Shown here piece by piece: positions 60,977 to 64,000 of a DNA stretch of 64,000 nucleotides. Each line of letters begins with the position of its first letter. The first letter of the stretch is position 1. Source of the stretch: an uncultured Ignavibacteriota bacterium (lineage in GTDB: Bacteria; Bacteroidota; Ignavibacteria; Palsa-1295); NCBI GenBank assembly GCA_903900335.1, contig CAIUMP010000044.1:98686-162685 (forward strand). The letters run 5' to 3'. A program made the position numbers and the translations under genes. The notes beneath the pieces are model-generated. The model had not been told where the DNA came from. It did not search any database and worked only from the letters and a program-made list of their open reading frames with translations.

Positions 60977-62752
60977 TTAAGCCTGGGGAAGCTCCACGAC
61001 AGAAGCTTCACGCCTTTCAATATCCTCGATCAGTTGCTTGTACTCCGGCATTTCGAGAATAGGGCCTTCGAACATCCGGAAGAGATCATAGCGTTGGAAT
61101 CCCAAGTCAAAGGCCTTGCGGACGGCCATGATCGCTTCATCCGGGCGATCCATTTGCACCCAGAGGCAACCGATGTTGAATTCCGTCATCGCGTCGCGGA
61201 TGTTGTGCAGCGAGCGAAGGTAGGTTGTCGCCCGCTCTACGTCCCCGGACCAATGCAACAGAACCGCGTAGTCTACTTTTCCTCGCTCATCGTCGGGTCG
61301 CAGACGCAGAAGGCGTTCGTATTTTGGCAACCCCGCGTTCGACCAGAACTTTAACTTGTCCCACTCCTGCGCCTTTTCGCAGCATTGACAAAGATTGAAG
61401 TAGGTGCGCGCTGCGTTGGGATCGAGCGCCAAGCACGCTTCGAACGGTGGGATCGCCAGATCGAACTGAAAACTCTCCGCATAGACAAAACCCAGGACGC
61501 TGTGACCATCCGCGCTCGTTGGCTCGCGCCGTATATACTCGTTCGCATGCGTGACAGCAGCGGCGATGTCCCCTCGGGCAAGCGCGATACGACTGCGCGT
61601 TGCTAGTGCCTCCGAGAGTGAAGGCTTCAGCGTGAGTGCCGTTCGCACCAACGCTTCTGCGTCATCGAGCAGCACGTTGCTATGATCATACGAACGGTAA
61701 AGCAACGCGAGGCAATTTGCTTTATGATTATACGCTTCAGCAAAGTCAACATCCAACTTGAGCGCTTCGGACTCCAGCGCGATAGCGTGTTCCAATCCTT
61801 CCTTCGAACCACCGCGTTGATATTCGCGGGCCTTGAGGTAGAGCTCGTAGGCTTCCGCATTTTCGGTCGACTTTGCGTTGAGAAGCGATCTACGCTCCTC
61901 GGAGCTAAGCGTAAGCGTTAGCCCGTCCACTACTTTTGCCGCAACTGCCTCCTGAATTTCGAAGATCTCCGAAAAGACGCCTTTGTGAGAGTCCTGCCAG
62001 AGATACTCGCCGCGCTCGATGTCGAGCAATGCTGCAGAGATCTTGATCTGTTCGCCGAATTTTCGAACGGAGCCTTCGATGAAGTAACGGACGTCCAGCT
62101 CGCGAGCAATCTCTGAAGTCTTCAGACTTATGTTCTTGAACTCTCGAGATGTTTTTTGGTCTATGAGCCGAAGCGATTTGATACGGCTGAGCGCACCAAT
62201 CAGCTCGGACATGAGTCCATCTGCAAACCACTCATTGTCCTTCGTAGGAGACAGATCTTCGAATGGAAGCACCATGAGCGATTTCCGCTGGTCAGACGAA
62301 CGTGCGCTGTTAGGATATTGGGTTTGTTTTGCGCTGCGATCTGAGTCCGTTGCCGGAGTTGGAGCGAAGCTTCCGACGCCGAGCTTCGTTAATGCTCGTA
62401 GGATTCCATCGAAGTTCTCGATCTTGACCCGTTGAAGGCCTGCGAGTTGGTAGTGGAAGTCATCTGTTACTTCGACTTTTTCCAATTCGATCGGGACAAT
62501 CGAACGCCTGAACTGGCTTGCTAGAGAAACTTCCTTTATGACATTCCGCGATGCGAGCGAGCGCGAGGAAAGCAAAAGACAAAACGCCCAGCACTCCTTG
62601 ATCGCACCCACGATCTCTTTGCCCCAATTCGTGGCCGCCTCGATGCCGGTCTGATCCATCCATATCTCCATTCCAGCAGCACGTAGTTTCTCGGCAAGCG
62701 CGATGGCGTGCGGAGAATCTTTGCGGGAATAGGAGATAAAAATGTCAGGCAT
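60977..62752 (-). CDS. TIR-domain protein with TolB-N-like domain and TPR repeats (paralogue of 16680..18410)
   Basis: MPDIFISYSRKDS...WMDQ TIR N-terminus. SLMVLPFEDLSP...WFADGLMSEL...RYFIEGSVRKFGEQIKISAALLDIERGEYLW block. C-terminal TPRs. About 45-50 % identity by eye to the first copy across domains. Confidence 0.65.
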   Translation of the reverse strand: MPDIFISYSRKDSPHAIALAEKLRAAGMEIWMDQTGIEAATNWGKEIVGAIKECWAFCLLLSSRSLASRNVIKEVSLASQFRRSIVPIELEKVEVTDDFHYQLAGLQRVKIENFDGILRALTKLGVGSFAPTPATDSDRSAKQTQYPNSARSSDQRKSLMVLPFEDLSPTKDNEWFADGLMSELIGALSRIKSLRLIDQKTSREFKNISLKTSEIARELDVRYFIEGSVRKFGEQIKISAALLDIERGEYLWQDSHKGVFSEIFEIQEAVAAKVVDGLTLTLSSEERRSLLNAKSTENAEAYELYLKAREYQRGGSKEGLEHAIALESEALKLDVDFAEAYNHKANCLALLYRSYDHSNVLLDDAEALVRTALTLKPSLSEALATRSRIALARGDIAAAVTHANEYIRREPTSADGHSVLGFVYAESFQFDLAIPPFEACLALDPNAARTYFNLCQCCEKAQEWDKLKFWSNAGLPKYERLLRLRPDDERGKVDYAVLLHWSGDVERATTYLRSLHNIRDAMTEFNIGCLWVQMDRPDEAIMAVRKAFDLGFQRYDLFRMFEGPILEMPEYKQLIEDIERREASVVELPQA

Positions 62753-63164
62753 CAGTTGAGAGTAGAAGAGACCGGATATCGCTCCGAAATCCTGTTGCGA
62801 TTCTCAGAGCGGCGACGGCGTCCTTTTCATTGGCCCATTCACCGGGGTACCGAAACTCTGCGGCGTACTGTGTTAGGCCGGCGAATGAGCTTCGCCACGC
62901 CTCCCATATCGGTTGCTTGTCAATGGCGAGATCGAGCAGGTCTTCGAGGTCGTGAGTTTTAGGAAACCGAATATCGTGCTCCTGCAAATAGCCTTTGAGA
63001 TATTTCTCCACACACTGCTGTGAAAGAAAGCAGACCAAATCTACGCTCAATCGTTCGGCATGTGCGTCGGAAAAATCGGACTCCGCCTTCTTAATCCACT
63101 CTTCGGTGATCTGCTTCATACAGTGTGCTGCCTCGATGAAGGATGTCTCCAATGAATGAATCAC
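62745..63164 (-). CDS. HEPN-domain protein (putative toxin of a HEPN/MNT pair)
   Basis: All-alpha roughly 130-aa protein downstream of and overlapping a minimal nucleotidyltransferase gene. Probable start at 63119 (MKQITEEW). Confidence 0.5.
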   Translation of the reverse strand: MIHSLETSFIEAAHCMKQITEEWIKKAESDFSDAHAERLSVDLVCFLSQQCVEKYLKGYLQEHDIRFPKTHDLEDLLDLAIDKQPIWEAWRSSFAGLTQYAAEFRYPGEWANEKDAVAALRIATGFRSDIRSLLLSTDA

Positions 63165-63420
63165 CGATTTCTAAACGGTGAGCGATGTCCACCGGTCTTC
63201 TGACGAACAGGTCGAGCGGAAATGGGCGACGGATCGCGCTGCGGATTTCGATCGCCTTCTCCACATTACGCTCGGCGTGATCCATAATGACTAAAAGATC
63301 CACATCGGAATCGGGGGTAGGCGTCCCATAGGCATACGAGCCGAAGAGGATGATCTTCCGCGGGGAGAATTGCTGCGCAACTGCACGGACGAATGTGTCG
63401 ATGTCGGCTCTGCTGGTCAT
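63091..63420 (-). CDS. Minimal nucleotidyltransferase (MNT) domain protein (putative antitoxin)
   Basis: ILFGSYAYGTPTPDSDVDLLVI matches the GSx9-13Dx(D/E) NTase motif. Confidence 0.65.
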   Translation of the reverse strand: MTSRADIDTFVRAVAQQFSPRKIILFGSYAYGTPTPDSDVDLLVIMDHAERNVEKAIEIRSAIRRPFPLDLFVRRPVDIAHRLEIGDSFIGDILHRGSTLYEADHRRVD

Positions 63421-63503
63421 GCTAATTCAACGAATCGAGTGGAGTGAAAATTTCACCGCAAACACGTAGATTGGGATAGTCGCTTGAATATGAGACCGAG
63501 ATG

Positions 63504-64000
63504 TCAGGCATGCGCAGTCGCCTCCTCCGTGTTTGACGCAGCCGCCGCGAGTTGCTCGGCTTCAATCTTCTCCACCATCAGTTTTACTTCTTCGTATTCG
63601 GGGGTTTGTCTCAACTTGCCGATTCCGGTATTATCCTCATCATTGAGGAACGAGCGCATCCCCTCAAGATTTACGAAACCTGATTCAATAGCTTTGCGGA
63701 ATGTCTTTAGTGATGATTCATAGTCCTTCAGTTCAGCTCGCAAGACTGCCATGTTAAATAGAGAATTCCCGTCCCGGACATTTGACAACAAACCCAATAC
63801 TTTGAGCGCATCTTCATCTCGCCCGAGCCAATGCAGAAGCATTGCTTGACAAACAATCCATGCTTCCTCGTCAGGATGAATCTTGATGTACCGCTCAAGC
63901 ACTGGGAGCGCAACCGAAGCCCAGTAAATAACGCGTTGTGGTTCATTAGCCGTATGGCAGGAAAGTGCTACGTTCACGAGGCTTGGCAAATAGTCTGACT
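63504..64000 (-). CDS. TPR-containing C-terminal fragment related to the TIR/TPR paralogues (gene continues beyond window edge)
   Basis: C-terminus (FNMAVLRAELKDYESSLKTFRKAIESGFVNLEGMRSFLNDED...) parallels the C-terminus of 16680..18410 (YNLACLASNLGKHELAVRYLRNALEGGFAHKEIFRVDPDLEAIRNRDDF). N-terminus would lie past position 64000. Confidence 0.4.
   Translation of the reverse strand, partial: SDYLPSLVNVALSCHTANEPQRVIYWASVALPVLERYIKIHPDEEAWIVCQAMLLHWLGRDEDALKVLGLLSNVRDGNSLFNMAVLRAELKDYESSLKTFRKAIESGFVNLEGMRSFLNDEDNTGIGKLRQTPEYEEVKLMVEKIEAEQLAAAASNTEEATAHA

Overview
This 64-kb window looks like chromosomal sequence from an FCB-group bacterium (Bacteroidota/Ignavibacteriota/Chlorobiota-like), at roughly 57-60 % GC.

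Lineage clues:
- a T9SS-type C-terminal sorting domain (53387..55504)
- a CarbopepD_reg-type TonB-dependent receptor (57857..60232)
- a stand-alone atpD (4955..6358)
- Rho with an extended N-terminus (41665..43041)

Housekeeping genes present: atpD, porGAB-like 2-oxoacid:ferredoxin oxidoreductase, rho, folC, recN, rplS, tRNA-Pro(CGG), gcvP, xthA, and a homocysteine-methyltransferase/MTHFR fusion.

Most notable observations:
- At the left edge (33..3247), a lipoprotein with two Ig-like and two PSCyt1-like haem domains, a translationally coupled unknown gene, and a Cyc2-like fused cytochrome-porin. Together these form a candidate outer-membrane electron-transfer (iron oxidation/EET) module.
- A low-GC islet inserted at the 3' end of an epimerase gene (30099..32430), flanked by a 94-bp duplication of that 3' end. 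It carries BrnT/BrnA, a HNH-repeat/T5orf172 protein and a convergent DUF2971 protein, and is a candidate uncharacterised defence or mobile module.
- Two full paralogous TIR/TolB-N-like/TPR proteins (16680..18410 and 60977..62752) and a third related C-terminal fragment at the right edge (63504..64000). The second sits next to a HEPN/MNT toxin-antitoxin pair.
- A GltD-like NAD(P)H flavoprotein fused to a delta-type 2x[4Fe-4S] ferredoxin, closing the POR/KOR operon (12821..14446).
- A 2x14-bp tandem motif found immediately upstream of the start codons of two unrelated genes (epimerase and recN).
- A 74-bp palindromic element upstream of atpD (4717..4790).
- A promoter-to-terminator candidate ncRNA next to tRNA-Pro (49650..49920).

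No CRISPR array, rRNA, transposase or integrase is visible. Gene calls rest on motif recognition by eye. Starts flagged in the evidence are uncertain.
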